From: the human T2T-CHM13v2.0 reference genome, Homo sapiens | Strand: one strand, 5' to 3' | Length of the DNA: 64,000 nt | NCBI RefSeq assembly: GCF_009914755.1 | Contig: NC_060927.1 | Shown here: one piece after another, positions 40,904 to 53,290 of the stretch | How the letters are laid out: each line of letters opens with the position of its first letter | How positions within the stretch are numbered: the stretch's first letter is position 1 | The notes under the pieces: model-generated | Seen by the model: the letters and a program-made list of their open reading frames with translations, nothing else | The model's database searches: none | What the model was told of the DNA's origin: nothing | Position numbers and translations under genes: made by a program

Positions 40904-41379
40904 TGAGTCTCTCACCTTGAAACCTTTCTTCCTACACCTCTTCAATATCCATGGATACAAAATGGCAGAGGGCGTGGAAGACAGGCAGTGGTGGTGTACA
41001 TTGTGTTCTAGGATGAGGAGCTGGTGGTAGGAAGGAAGCAAGAGAGGCGCAAACAGAGAGAAGGGAATCCTGGGAAGTTTTCCTTTTCCTTCCACTCATT
41101 TAACAAAACAAAAACTAGCACATCTTCAAATTAACAAGGAATAAAGTGACTTCTGAATTGTCCTATAATCAGGTAACATCAGATGTATCTTCCTCAAGAC
41201 AGCACCAAATATGGCTATAAAAGACAGCCATATTTGATAAACAATGACTGAATACCTGTTATTTAACTAGAGATTCTACAAAACCATTATGGCTTCCATT
41301 TGAAAGGAAAATTGAGCAGCAGCCATGTGGGGTGAAACAACAAGGAATCCACCGTCCCATTTCTAAGTAAAACAGAGTA

Positions 41380-42690
41380 AGATAAACAACATTCCACTCA
41401 AAGTTAAACACATTATAAAGAGGAAAAAAGGGAATTCAAGATTCTCTGCCATTAAGAATGTTAATTTTGTATTCATAATATAAATAAAAATATATTCTAA
41501 AAGTATTTCATAAAGGAAGATAAAATGTCAAAAAGTAGCTTTATGTTCTAAATAGACTTTAACGATTATGGAATAACAAAAACAAAAGATAATAGGAGAC
41601 GTGCAGTCACAATTTAGAGGTATACTTTGCTGGGTGAGATAAGAAAAATTATAAGAAAACTAAATATGGAGTGGCAAAACTGTTGGCAGTAATGAGTTGA
41701 ACTGGCTTTGCAGAAAATATAATCATTGGAAGAAGACTGTGAGATGCTATTCCAGAACAGATAAAAAGGATAAAGAACTGAAAATGATGACAGAAAAATT
41801 GTAGAAAGCCAGGACTAAAAATTAGGATTCAACTTTCAGATAATGAATGTTTCTAACCCATGCAAATGGATTCAAACATAATTCAAAGATCTAAGCAAAG
41901 AATTCATTCCTTAGCCTTGTCGTGGCGTTTCTGATTAAAAGCCATCAACAAATAGTAGAGTTTAATTCAGTTAGGTTGGTATTGACTCAGAGAGTAAGAT
42001 TAGGGAAATAAAAAATCTGAGAAATGCCCCCCACCCCCAAAATAAAAATTGATTATGAGATAAAAGTTATATTATGGCTCAGTGCGGAAAGATGGATTAT
42101 TGCCACAACTAGCTGTTTATAAAAAGTTCAAGTTATGGACTTATAATGTCTTTGTTTGGGCTGCTATAATGAAAATACCATAGATTGGGTAGCTTACAAA
42201 CAACAGAAATTCATTTCTCACAGCTCTGGAGTCTGCAAAGTCCTAGATCAAAGCATTAGTAGATTTGGTGTCTGATGAAGGCCTGTTTCCTGGTTCATAT
42301 ACAGCTGCTTCTTAGCCATAACCTTTTATGGCAGAAGGGATGAAGGAGCTGTCAAGGGTTTCTTCTATAAGGACACTAATCCCATTCCTGAGAGCTCCAT
42401 CCTCATGATCTAATCACCTCCCACAGACCCCCACCTTCAAATACCATCACATCGAGTATCAGAATTTAACAATTGAATTTGGAGGAGAAACAAACATTCA
42501 GTCTACAGCATATACTACCACATACAAAAACATATAGCAGATGGATTTAGAAGTTAATTATTAAAAATGAAATCATATATGCACTAACAAAAATATGTTA
42601 ATACTCCTGTTATATGTTGAGGGCATATTTAAACACAAAAGCAACAAAAGAAATTAAAAACAAAAAAGTTATTAGGTTTGACTAACCAAT
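41380..42690 (+). mobile_element. Old L1M/HAL1 fragments (ORF1-like, then ORF2 split by MLT1A0)
   Basis: ccagaacagataaaaaggataaagaactgaaaatgatg; ccacatacaaaaacatatagcagatggatttagaagtt. Confidence 0.55.
42147..42510 (-). mobile_element. MLT1A0 MaLR solo LTR
   Basis: tgtctttgtttgggctgctataatgaaaataccatagattggg...aaacattcagtctacagca; TSD tataa / tatac. Confidence 0.92.
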
Positions 42691-42769
42691 TATCAAACAA
42701 TCTCTCTTCCTTGGAAATCCAAATTTTTTGAAAGAATTGCCTATATTTTCAGGCTTTACAAACTCTGTA

Positions 42770-43200
42770 CTCTCTCATTAAGGCGCTAAAACCCGACTTC
42801 CACCCCAACAAATTCAATATAACTGCTCTTGCTAAGGCCACCAATATCCAATAATCTACTGGTAATCAATGAAAAATACCACAACATTCTTCTTATTTAA
42901 TCTCTTGTAATAGTTACCATACCCTCTCTCTTAAAATTTTAATTGGTTTTAGTGACCTTGAATTCATCTTATTTTCTTTCCACTTAGGGCCCCAACTAGC
43001 ACATATAGAGCTTTCACAAAAATTGGGAAAATATAATAACAGCATGCTAAGGTACAAAGCATAGTGCATGGGATTTTAGGCTTCACTCATGCCTTTAGCC
43101 AAATGCCTGTGTACAATACTCAACCTGTTCAACTGCGTGTGGTGGCCCTCTTCTTCTACCTCTTTTAGCTCATTCTCATTTCCCTTTGCAAATTTCTAAC
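42770..43200 (+). mobile_element. L2 fragment split by MER91A
   Basis: gacttccacccc...aactgctcttgctaaggccaccaat. Confidence 0.65.
42985..43150 (-). mobile_element. MER91A hAT-Tip100
   Basis: TIRs agggccc...gtggccct; caacctgttcaactg and ggattttaggcttcactc match reverse MER91A. Confidence 0.65.
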
Positions 43201-43229
43201 TACAGTACTTGATTCTACAGTGATGTAAG

Positions 43230-43680
43230 TTAATAATCATAATATTTTAAATGCAAGGGTTTCTTCCCCAATTTTTAGACTTAAGCTATATTCAAAGCAT
43301 TGAAGACATAATTATAGAACAGAATTTAAAACACAGAAGCCTTGGAAACATGAAAAAGAAGACAGTAATATAACGAACAAAAGTTAAAACGTGGGTAAAA
43401 AGGGTAAGTGCACTAATTTACTCCTGTTTCATAGTGGGAGGTCAATAGATATTGTGTGAAAAGTTATTACATTTAGAAATGAAATCCTATACTATAAGGA
43501 GCTGTAATGGTAACCACCAGAATCAGAAAAAAACTAAAATTAAAAAGTGAAAACAGCCGTTGCTTCTGAGTAGTAAAACTGGAGGTGAAGGGGAGGAGTG
43601 AAATTTTAACTTTTTATTTTGTGCTCTTTCATACTGTTTAATTTTTTAACCATTTATTATTTCTTCAATAAAACAAACAG
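43230..43680 (+). mobile_element. HAL1/L1ME 3' region
   Basis: ttcatagtgggaggtcaatagata...ggtaaccaccagaa...gttgcttctgagtag...actgtttaattttttaaccat. Confidence 0.6.
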
Positions 43681-43779
43681 TGCATATATCCAATCTAATA
43701 TTTATTAAGATGTTAAAAGAAAAAAGAGGTTGGATCAGTTAATCTTTAAGGCTTCTTTTATCTGTAGAGTCTGGTTTTG

Positions 43780-44110
43780 TGATCAGAAATACAGCTTAGA
43801 GAGATAAGTCTTGCAGCAGTGTGTAGGGTGGATTGCAATGGAGAGAGATGGAAGTGCAGAAGCCAATTACTAGGTTTTTATAGTAAGGAAGGTGGGAAAG
43901 TAATGAGGATCTGAGCTGATGTGTAGGCAGCAGGAATAGAAAGAAGGTTAAAGATGTGGAGCCTTTGTGGAGGTAGAATATATGTAATTTGGAAATTGAT
44001 TGGATGGATGCACAGGGTTTGAGAGAAGATGGTATTAAATTGACTATAACGTTTCAAGTCACGGTAATTATAAGACTAGTATTAGCTGAAATAAGATATT
44101 AGCTGAAGTG
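43780..44110 (-). mobile_element. L2 fragment
   Basis: gcagcagtgtgtagggtggattg...gaggtagaatatatgtaatttggaaattgattggatg. Confidence 0.75.
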
Positions 44111-45474
44111 AGAGAGTCAAGAGTAGAGGGAATATTGCAATGGTTAAGCCAAGCTGAGTGAAGCAAAATTGTCATTATAAGAAGTGCCTTAATCATTAGC
44201 GGATAGGGATTTAGGAGACCATGGTGATGGTCAAAAGAAATTTGGGCAGGAATTTGTTGAAAAGGTTGGCTACTGTGCTCCAGCCAGGGATGGCTGGAAA
44301 TCATTTCTGAAGTTTTATAGTTTGTAGCTTCATGTGGTCTGAATTGAGGACAGAAAAAAAAAATCTCCATTAGTGGAGACAAAAGCATTGAGTATTGAGA
44401 CAGCTCTGCATTATTCTTTAGGATTGACCTGACCATGCATAGCATAAAAATAAATAATAATAGTATCTAACTAGAAAAGTCTGTTGGACACTGCAGAGTT
44501 TATCAAAGTAATTACTCCTTTAGAATATCTGTTAGTATTAAGAATATAATATTTAGGCAAATAGATGATTATTAAAAATATACAGTTACACCTGTAACAG
44601 TTACCTTTATTTACTTTTCTTAACACACTAAAATTGCAATAAGAACTGAATTTCCTAATTTCATGGAAGTAAATTAAACTATCTCCTGGGGACATGAATT
44701 CACAGCCATCCACTTTACTTGGACTTTTTTTATATTTACACCTGCTTCTCTCTATGGAACAGATTCAAGACTTTTAAAATATATAATTAAAAATTGTAGT
44801 TAATTCAAAATAAGGAAATGGGGCGAGGTAATGCCAGCTGCTATTATAAATGAAAGCCTGAAATCTCAATGGATTAACAAAAATCAAAATTTATTCTTCT
44901 CTCAAGCAAAGGTCATTTAGAGCAGGAGTGGGAACCTACTCCATGCAATTATTCAAGGACCAATGCTGCCAGGGCTTTTCCATCTCCCGCATATTCTTTA
45001 CAGATTTTCCCAGAACGTGGAGTCCCCTATCAGCAGCTAGGGGACAAGAAAGATAGAAATGCACAGGAAATTTTTATGGGCCAAGCCTGAAAATAATAAA
45101 CATCACTTCAGCTTGCATTCCTTTGGCATAAACTCAGTCATATGGCCACAACTAACTGCAACGGATGCTGGAAAATAAGATCTCACTATATGCCTCAAGA
45201 GAAAACAAAATGGAATTCATTTGGTAAATAGCTAGCCAGTCTCTGCCACGGTTCACCTGGCTGATCATCAAATATCTGGCTTACTCTTCATCTCACACAT
45301 AGAATTCATCTATCTCCATCCCAAGCCCCACCTAGTCTCTTGCAGGTAGCTCAGCTTCTGAGATCTGTGGGTGAAGTACACATGGTTCCATAAGAACCCC
45401 ATATGGCTCCTCATAGATCAGCCACCTGTGATTGAAAGGGCAAAGTAATCTGCTCCCACCTCAGCACATGTGTG

Positions 45475-45506
45475 CACACACGCACACACACACACACACA
45501 CACACA
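45475..45506 (+). repeat. (CA)n microsatellite
   Basis: Seen directly. Confidence 0.9.
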
Positions 45507-46057
45507 GTAGCAAAAGGAGAAGCAGTAACCTCAAAAAAAATCCCTTTAGAAAAGGGAAAAACAGGCAACGGTTACGTCACTGATCCATAGAATTATGAAC
45601 TCCTTGTGGACACCTCTGACTTGGCAGTGGGGTGAGTTTCTTAATTAAATTTTTATTTTGTCTTCTTGGAGCCAGGGGAGTTGTCGTTTTCTATATCCTC
45701 TGACTCTACCTCTAGTTGGTTTTTTCATGCTTATTGTTTTTTGGGCACATCTGAAGTGGGTGACGAGAAGGGGGATTTCTCAGGGGTGGCTCACTTCCAC
45801 AAGGGGCTTTCTGCCCACCTTAAGCCTCAAGAAATCAAATTTATATTTTTTAATCTAGGTGAATGGAGTTTTTACAAATGCAATACCTTAAAAATCTGAG
45901 TAGGCATCTTATTTGTTTGCTTTCAGCCAATTTCATATTCTGATAGCCAAGGTTTTTCTGAGACATAGTTTACAAGTATGTGTGTGCTTTGTTTTTTGGC
46001 TTTGTTTTGTTTGCTTGTTCTTTCACATGCCTCTCTCTCGCAAATAAATGGTGGCTA

Positions 46058-46546
46058 TGATGTAGGAGGTGGGACTTGACTTGAGAGGCAGGGCTCAGAT
46101 ACTGGACCAAATTGAGAACTAGTTAAAACAGGGCCCAGGCGGAAGCAGCTTTCCATAAAGACACACCCACCAGTGTGTCACTTCAGCTTATCATGGCCAT
46201 GGCCACACCCAGAAGTTACCATTCCTTTCCATGGCAATGACCCAACAACCCGGAAGTTACCACCCTTTTCCTAGAAATGTCTGCATATACTGCCCCTTAA
46301 TTTGCATATAATTAAAAGTGGGTATAAATGTGAATGCAGAACTGCCTCTGAGCGGCTACTCTAGGCACACTGCCTGGGAGGTAGCCCTGCTCCACAAGGA
46401 GAAGCACCTCTGCTGCTGCTGTGCACTGCTGCTTCAATACAAGTTGCTGTTTAACACCACCAGCTCATCCTTGAATTCTTTCCTGGGTGAAGCCAAGAAG
46501 CCTCCCAAGCTAAGCCCCAATTCAGAGGCTTGCCTATTTTGCATCA
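46058..46546 (+). mobile_element. MER66B-like ERV1 solo LTR
   Basis: TG...CA ends (tgatgtaggaggtgggac...gcatca); perfect 4-bp TSD gcta; cccggaagttaccacc, atttgcat and tataaa. Confidence 0.85.
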
Positions 46547-46890
46547 GCTATCTTGAAGCTTCCAATTTAACTGGAAAGTCCCATCCCAACTGGACTTTGC
46601 TACAAGGTTAAATCAAAACAGAACTTTGTTACTCAGAGGCTTTTCCTATTTTATTTCCTGTTTGTCATCCAGAAGCACAACTTTCTCAAATCCTGCAGGA
46701 CCTCAAATTTCTAAACACATTTTACTTCCTTTTACTCTCTGTGCACAGCAGTTAATTATTTTTCAAACTGATCTCTGTCTTCTGATACTATGTTTTGCTC
46801 AACCAGTGACAACCAGTGCTCACCAATATTCTTTTTCAATCCTTTTTCTTATAGCCAAAAACTCTTTATATATGTTATCTGCCTTCTAAA

Positions 46891-47198
46891 TTATTACTAT
46901 TATTATTATTATTTGAGATGGAGTCTCACTCTGTCACCTAGGCTGGAGTGCAGTGGTGCAATCTCGGCTCACTGAAACTTCCACCTCCCAGGTTCAAGCA
47001 ACTCTCCTGCCTCAGCCTCCCAAGTTCCTGGGACTACAGGCATGCTCCACCACGCCCAGCTAATTTTTTGTATTTTTAGTAGAGATGAGGTTTCACCACA
47101 TTGGCCAGGCTGGTCTCGAACTCCTGACCTCAGGTGATCTGCCCTCTTCGACCTCCCAAAGTGCTGAGACTACAGGCGTGAGCTACCATGCCCAGACC
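46891..47198 (-). mobile_element. AluSx-like with (TTA)n tail
   Basis: Complete dimer; cctgacctcaggtgatc. Confidence 0.95.
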
Positions 47199-47248
47199 AG
47201 GTTATTAACAGGCAAACAAATATTTTGCCTCTGAGAAACTTGCATTTC

Positions 47249-47546
47249 TTTTTTTTTTTTTCTTTTTTTGAGAGTCTCGCTCAGTCGCCCAGGCTGGAGT
47301 GCAATGGCGTGATCTCGGCTCACTGCAACCTCCAACCTCCCGGGTTCAAGTGATTGTCCTGCCTCAGCCTCCCGAGTAGCTGGGACTACAGGCGCCTGCC
47401 ACCACGCCCAGCTAATTTTTGTATTTTTAGTAGAGATGGGGTTTCATCATATTGGCCAGGGTGGTCTCGAACTCCTGACCTCATGATCCGCCCACCTCGG
47501 CCTCCAGAAGTGCTGGGATTACAGGCGTGAGCCACCGCGCCCAGCC
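47249..47546 (-). mobile_element. AluSg-like
   Basis: cctgacctcatgatccg (2-bp deletion state); degenerate TSD agaaacttgcatttct / agaaacctgaaatttct. Confidence 0.95.
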
Positions 47547-48839
47547 AAGAAACCTGAAATTTCTATACTTTTTTTTTTGCCTCTGACATCAGTCTTTTTG
47601 TCACCTACTTATGAACTACAAAGCAAAGGGAAACCTTGGAAGGGACGTTTTAAGGATGGCAGAGCCTCTATCAACCTGGAATCTCAGATGTCTGTGTTAA
47701 GCAGAACCCACTGTGCTATAATTTTTGTTATAGCAACACTCAAAGTCTGTTTCCAGTCTGCTAATCAATAGGGTAGTTGTTGCTGTAACCGATACACTCC
47801 AAAGCCTTGGTGGCTTTGTGCATTAAAAGTTTATTTCTTGCTCATGTAAGTTATTACTATTGGCAGGGAGTGGGATATTGGGGTTGAAAGGGGCTCTGCT
47901 GTCTTCGATACATACATTCCAAGGTGACCCTAGCCCTTGTCAATCAGAGGGGAATTTTGGGGAAGGGAGAGAAGATCAGCAGTATGTAGCCAGGCCTGAA
48001 TATAACACACATCACTTGTACCTGCATTTCATTGATTAGAATCAGTTATGTGGACCCAACTACCTTCAAGGGAGGCTGGAAAGTATGGCCTAATTGTGTT
48101 CTCAGTGGGAAGGGGAAACAGGAAAAAGATAGAGCCTCGGCCACAGAAGCTAAATGATTGCTTTGATAGACCATTCACGTTGTGTCTGAGCTTCCCAACT
48201 ACCAGGGTAAAAATGAAGCATGTTAATAAGACAAGACATACAGTTCCTTAGGGGAGAAGAAGGCTTTCCTGGAAATAAATTCCAAAAAGAACTTTCTTCC
48301 TAATGTGGAAACTTGAATAGGAACTGTGAAATGGTATAACAGACAGTGCTTTCAACAAGACCCTTAAAATCAATTTAATAGTGCTTTTCATATATTTCAC
48401 ATGACATTAAGTAGTAATTTGAGAAAAGTTTTTCCTTCATTAGTAAGAGCCAAGATCCCCATTTTAAAGAGGATGTACAATATTTTATGGTGGCTCTGTC
48501 AGCCTTGGAGAATACCCTTGTCCCTTAATTGTTCTTCTCTAATCTCTTCTCTAAAGAGAATGAAATGCTCTAATGCTTTTCACTTGAAAGCGAGAAGCAA
48601 ATGAATCTCCTTGAGCCTCATTTGGAGAGATTTATCATGGACACCATCCTGGAAGCAACTGTTTCCAACTATGCCATTGACAAGTCTGTTAGCATAAAGA
48701 AACACTGTTTCCTAACCCTAACTCCAACCACCGTGTAAGAAGAGAGTGACACGAGTGCTCACAGCCTGCAGCTGAAGAACAAAGCAGGCAAAGGATCATT
48801 CTAGCATAAAGAGAAAAACATTCCAAGTATATTTTGAAA

Positions 48840-49130
48840 TCACAGAGCCATGGGCTCGAAATTCACCCCTGTCCCACGACAGTTGTGTGACTTTTGACAA
48901 CTTACTTCACTGTTTCAAGCACCAGGTTTTATCAGTAATAACCCAATCCTCATAGACTGTAAGAACCAAAAGAGTTCATGCACATAAACAACACTGCACA
49001 AGGCTCAGTAAATAAAAAGTCACACAATAAAGATAAGCTATCATTGTTGTTATTAATTTATTATTATGTAAAACATGTGAAAGCTTAGCAGAGTGCTTGG
49101 AACATTTTATGACTAAACAGATGTTAACCG
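48840..49130 (+). mobile_element. MIR fragments
   Basis: tgggctcgaaattc...agttgtgtgacttttgacaacttacttcac; atgtgaaagcttagcagagtgcttggaaca. Confidence 0.65.
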
Positions 49131-49260
49131 CCTTTGATGCCATTCCTTCTTTCACTTGGCCATGTATAACCACATGTATCTGTTTCCATAATGTATCTTT
49201 ATACATAAATAGTATATCTCCAAATCATACCAAATGTTTTTTTAATGTATAATAAAACCA

Positions 49261-49580
49261 GGCTGGAGAAGGTGGCTCATGCCTGTAATCTCAGTGCTTT
49301 GGAAGGCTGAGGCAGGAGGATTGCTTGAGGCCAGGAGTTCTAGACCAGCCTGGGCAGCATAGCAAGACCTTCATCTCTACAAAAACTAAAAATAAAACAA
49401 GACAGGCATGGTGGCTGGTGCCTGTAGTACCAGCTACTTGGGAAGCTCAGGTAGGAGGATCACTAGAGCCTAGGTGCTCAAGGTTACAGTAAGCTGTGAT
49501 CACACCACCGCCTCCAGCCTGGGATGACACCAAGATCCTGTCACAAAAAAAAGAGAGAGAGAGAGAGAGAAAGAAAAGGA
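49261..49580 (+). mobile_element. AluJ with (GA)n tail
   Basis: ggaggattgcttgaggccaggagttc...aggttacagtaagctgtgatc. Confidence 0.93.
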
Positions 49581-50634
49581 AAACAAATAGAAGAGTGGGC
49601 TCTATCTAAATATTGATTTGAAAGAAGGAACTGGGGTGTCGTCTAAATTCTTGCAAATAGAGCAAACATTGTGATTCTTGAGTATAGTTCATGGAAGATG
49701 GAGAAAGACTGTGCTATTATATAAACTAATCTTATCAACAGTTACAATAAAAGCACTTCCCAGAATTATGCGATACTCATTTTTTTTCAGAATTCCATGC
49801 TACTTTAGGAGATGACCCATACGTCCAATAAAATCAGCATTCTTGTTCTCAGATACAATTTTATTTACCTGTGGCCATCTGCAAAAGTAACATAATCATA
49901 GTCTATCATAGTCTATTTTTTCTTATCAAAGTCTATTTGATTGATCTCACTGTTCTTGCAGTTCTTTGAAAAGCCATAAATAAGAGTACAAATATGTCAA
50001 ACAAACATTTACCATATACAACATCCAATTATTAAACTATATGTTGTGTTCTAGTAGTACATAACATATTTTGGTTATGGCTATGGATGACTTATCTATT
50101 GTTCCACTTTACAATTTTTATTACATTAGTATATTATTGTTTATTTATTTTGCTATTTAATAATATGATAATTTTTTTACCTACTTTCTCATATGCACTT
50201 CCCAGAAACTCAGTGAAGAAAAAGTTGCAATCAAGATGGCAAGAACTGTTGGATTTCTAACTTCCGTATAAAGGTACCAAAAATAGTTCTTCTTTCCTAC
50301 ATCCAAGGTAGACATTTATTTCTTCTACTTTGAACAATATACATGTGTTTACCTAAAATATCCAAAGTTTATTTTCCAAATTTTGTTTTCTTATTTTAAA
50401 TAATTTGTTACAAAAGTATCTGAGTAATTTAAGTCTTAACATCCACATTTTTTTAATTAAACAATAAGAACATTTTTCATGATATGAAAGAAGAACCTAA
50501 ATGAAATAATTCTTTTCTCACTATCTGGGAAGGTCATTAGCTAAGGAAGAATTATTTTTTAAATCATACCTTTTATAGGCCTATTGTCATTCACTAATAT
50601 GTGGTAATAAATTATCAAAATATTAATAAATATT

Positions 50635-51250
50635 ATAGTTAAGAGAAAGACCCTGAAACCAAAGAGACTTGGTATGAAAATGAGGTCTCCATACTAAACA
50701 GCTGTATGACTTTCCTAGGTAATTTACCTAAAATCTCTGAGCTTTAGTTCTATCACTTATAAAACAGGAAAATCACATGATCTGTGGCAGATATGCTGAC
50801 TGTTCCTCTAATAGCCATGAGCTCTTCCATAATTTGTGCACCCTGCAATTTGGCGGGGCCGTGTGATACTTATGGACAATGGGCTCTTCTGGGTCACCCC
50901 TGGGTAAAACCATTTAATAGCAGAGAGCAGGTCTCCAGATCTTTCTTCTCTAGACTTAAGGACATATGGACATGGTGGCATCACAAAATTGAGGCAGCCT
51001 GAATCTCTGAGTCACAACACACTAGAGAGTTTCTCTGAAGGTTCACCTGCTCCCATATCAGAGTGTGTTGTGTTAAGTCACTGAGACTTGGGGGTATATA
51101 TACATATGTGTGTGTGTTGATGCTGCACAGAAATAAACAATCCTGTGGGTTGGTTTGAGGATTAAATAACAGAGTGATATGATGTAGTGTCACAACTTCT
51201 AACACAGTATGAATTGAATAGGTGATGCCAGATAGTAGCAGTAGTAGTAG
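50635..51250 (+). mobile_element. MIR split by an MLT1 LTR
   Basis: gctgtatgactttc...aatctctgagctttagttctatcacttataaaacagg | gggttggtttgaggattaaataa. Confidence 0.65.
50783..51140 (+). mobile_element. MLT1H/I-like MaLR LTR
   Basis: tgtggcagat...ggggccgtgtgatac...gcagcctgaatctctgagtcac...gttgtgttaagtcactgagacttgggg. Confidence 0.7.
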
Positions 51251-52506
51251 TCGACATTGTACAATCAGCCCCAGAATGACCCTTTGAAATAATCACAAGT
51301 AGATATTACTATCAAACTTTGTAAGAGATGAAATTAGGGCTCGTTCCTTCTAAGGGCCTTACATATAAGCATGTGATAGGCCTGGAGTTCAAAGCCAGTG
51401 CCTGTTTCCTGAGCACTGTTTTTCCCACTACCACTGTGACAATGGTCAGCGTTTTCTACATCATTGTGACGTTGCACTAGAAATTAACTTCCAGCACGCA
51501 TTCCAACAAATAATAACACATGCCCATGTTGAATATCTCAGCAGACCAAAATATCTGAGCATAAAAAATACTCAACATGGGAAACAGCCCTTTTATTTCA
51601 GAGAGGCATCCAACTATTAATAAACTAGTTAATATTCTTGTATAGTACATGGTATTGTCTCAGTCATATTTGCCATCCAGAGACTTATTAAAAAATATTT
51701 TGTGTGGAGTTTCAAAAATTGTCCTGGGGAATAGACAATATGTTTTCTGTCACCCCTGCCCCCACTCACAATTACCTGATAGCTCAGGGAACTACTTCTC
51801 CAGAGTACTTCTCCCTAAATAGCATGTCTGGGTTAGAACAATTACAACGGTTAATTGCGAATGAAGGGCCTTTTAGGCATCTGAATGAATTTTGAGAAAT
51901 AAGTATTTGCTAGGTGGATGGAGTTCAAATATGCTGAAACTGCAGCCGGCATTGTTCTAGGCCGTTATTTTTAGTGCACTGAATAACAGCTGCTGCATAT
52001 GGTAGTTTTTGAGTTTTCTGCTAAAGATCCACTTACTGGCACAAATAGTAAATGTTTGCATGTGCTATTTTGATACATCTCCTGTGAGGCTCCATTTCCA
52101 CATTTAAATATGGATCACATATGGTGAATCAAAATAACTTTTTGTATGTAAAGCATATGTCCAATGAGTAAACCAAAGAGACATAGTCTATGGCACTGTC
52201 ATGTTCCATATGTCTTCTATATGGGTTAAAATTTAATAAAAAATAATACAATCAGATGTGTGTAAGAAAAAGTTCAGTTTCTTAGTTATAACGCTAGTAA
52301 TTGGCAACAATAAAAATATATACAATGTATAATAAATGCTATTGCTCACATTTTAATTAATAGAGACTATGTAAAGTTATAAAAGTAATAAACATAAAAT
52401 ATATAAAAGTAATAAAAATAAAATATTAAAATACTGTAATGAATTTCTGTCTATTAAATTCTTAGCAACTATACAATTCAGAAACACAAGAGCTCTCTTG
52501 AATCTA

Positions 52507-53290
52507 CTTTTTTAAATTTTCCATTTTTATGTTAGATTTGGGGGATACATGTGCAGGTCTGTTACATGGTATATTGTGTGGTGCTGAGGTTTGGTCTTCC
52601 GTTGATCCCGTCACCCAGATAGTGAACATAATACCCAATAGGAAGTTTCTCAGCCCTTACCCCTCTCCCACTCTCTCTTCTTTTGAGTCTCCCGTGTCTG
52701 CTGTTCCAATCTTTATGTCCATATGAACCCAAGATTTAGCTCCCACTTGTAAAGGAGAATATGCTTTATGTTCTCCTTTATAAAACCAAACAGAACTTGG
52801 TTTTCTGTTTCTGTGTTAGTTTGCTTAGGATAATGGCCACTAGTTGCATCCATGTTGCTGTAGCAGACATGATTTCATTCTTTTTACGGCTATGTAGTAT
52901 TCCATAGTATATATGTGCCACATTTTTTTTCAATCCATCCTCAGTGGGTACCTAGGTAGAGCCCATGTCTTTGCTATTGTGAATACTACTGCAATAAACC
53001 TGCAGGTACATGTGTCTTTTTGGCAAAACAATTTATTTTATTTTGCATATATACTCACTAACGGGCTTACTGGGTCAAATGGTAGTTCTATTTTAAATTA
53101 TTTGAGAAATCTCCAAACTGCTTTCCAGAGTAACTGAACTAATTTGCATTCCCACCAACAGTATATAAGCATTTCCTTTTCTCTGCAGCCTCACCAGCAT
53201 CTGTTGTTTTTGGACTTTTTAATAACAGCCATTCTGACTGATGTGAGGTGGTATCTCGTTGTGATTTTGATTTGCATTTCTCTGGTGATT
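52507..53290 (-). mobile_element. L1PA15/16-like 3' end
   Basis: gggatacatgtgcaggtctgttacatgg...gatcccgtcacccagatagtgaacata...ORF2 end gcattcccaccaacagtatataagc. Confidence 0.9.

Larger units (their letters stand above)
44820..48145 (-). mobile_element. MLT1J MaLR provirus (LTR ~44820-45250, internal region, LTR ~47759-48145) with nested insertions
   Basis: Two co-oriented MLT1J-like LTRs ending gtctctgccacg and gcctcggccaca, both with catcactt...tcagt(c/t)at(a/g)tgg...gctggaaa; MLT1-int-like sequence between. Confidence 0.7.
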
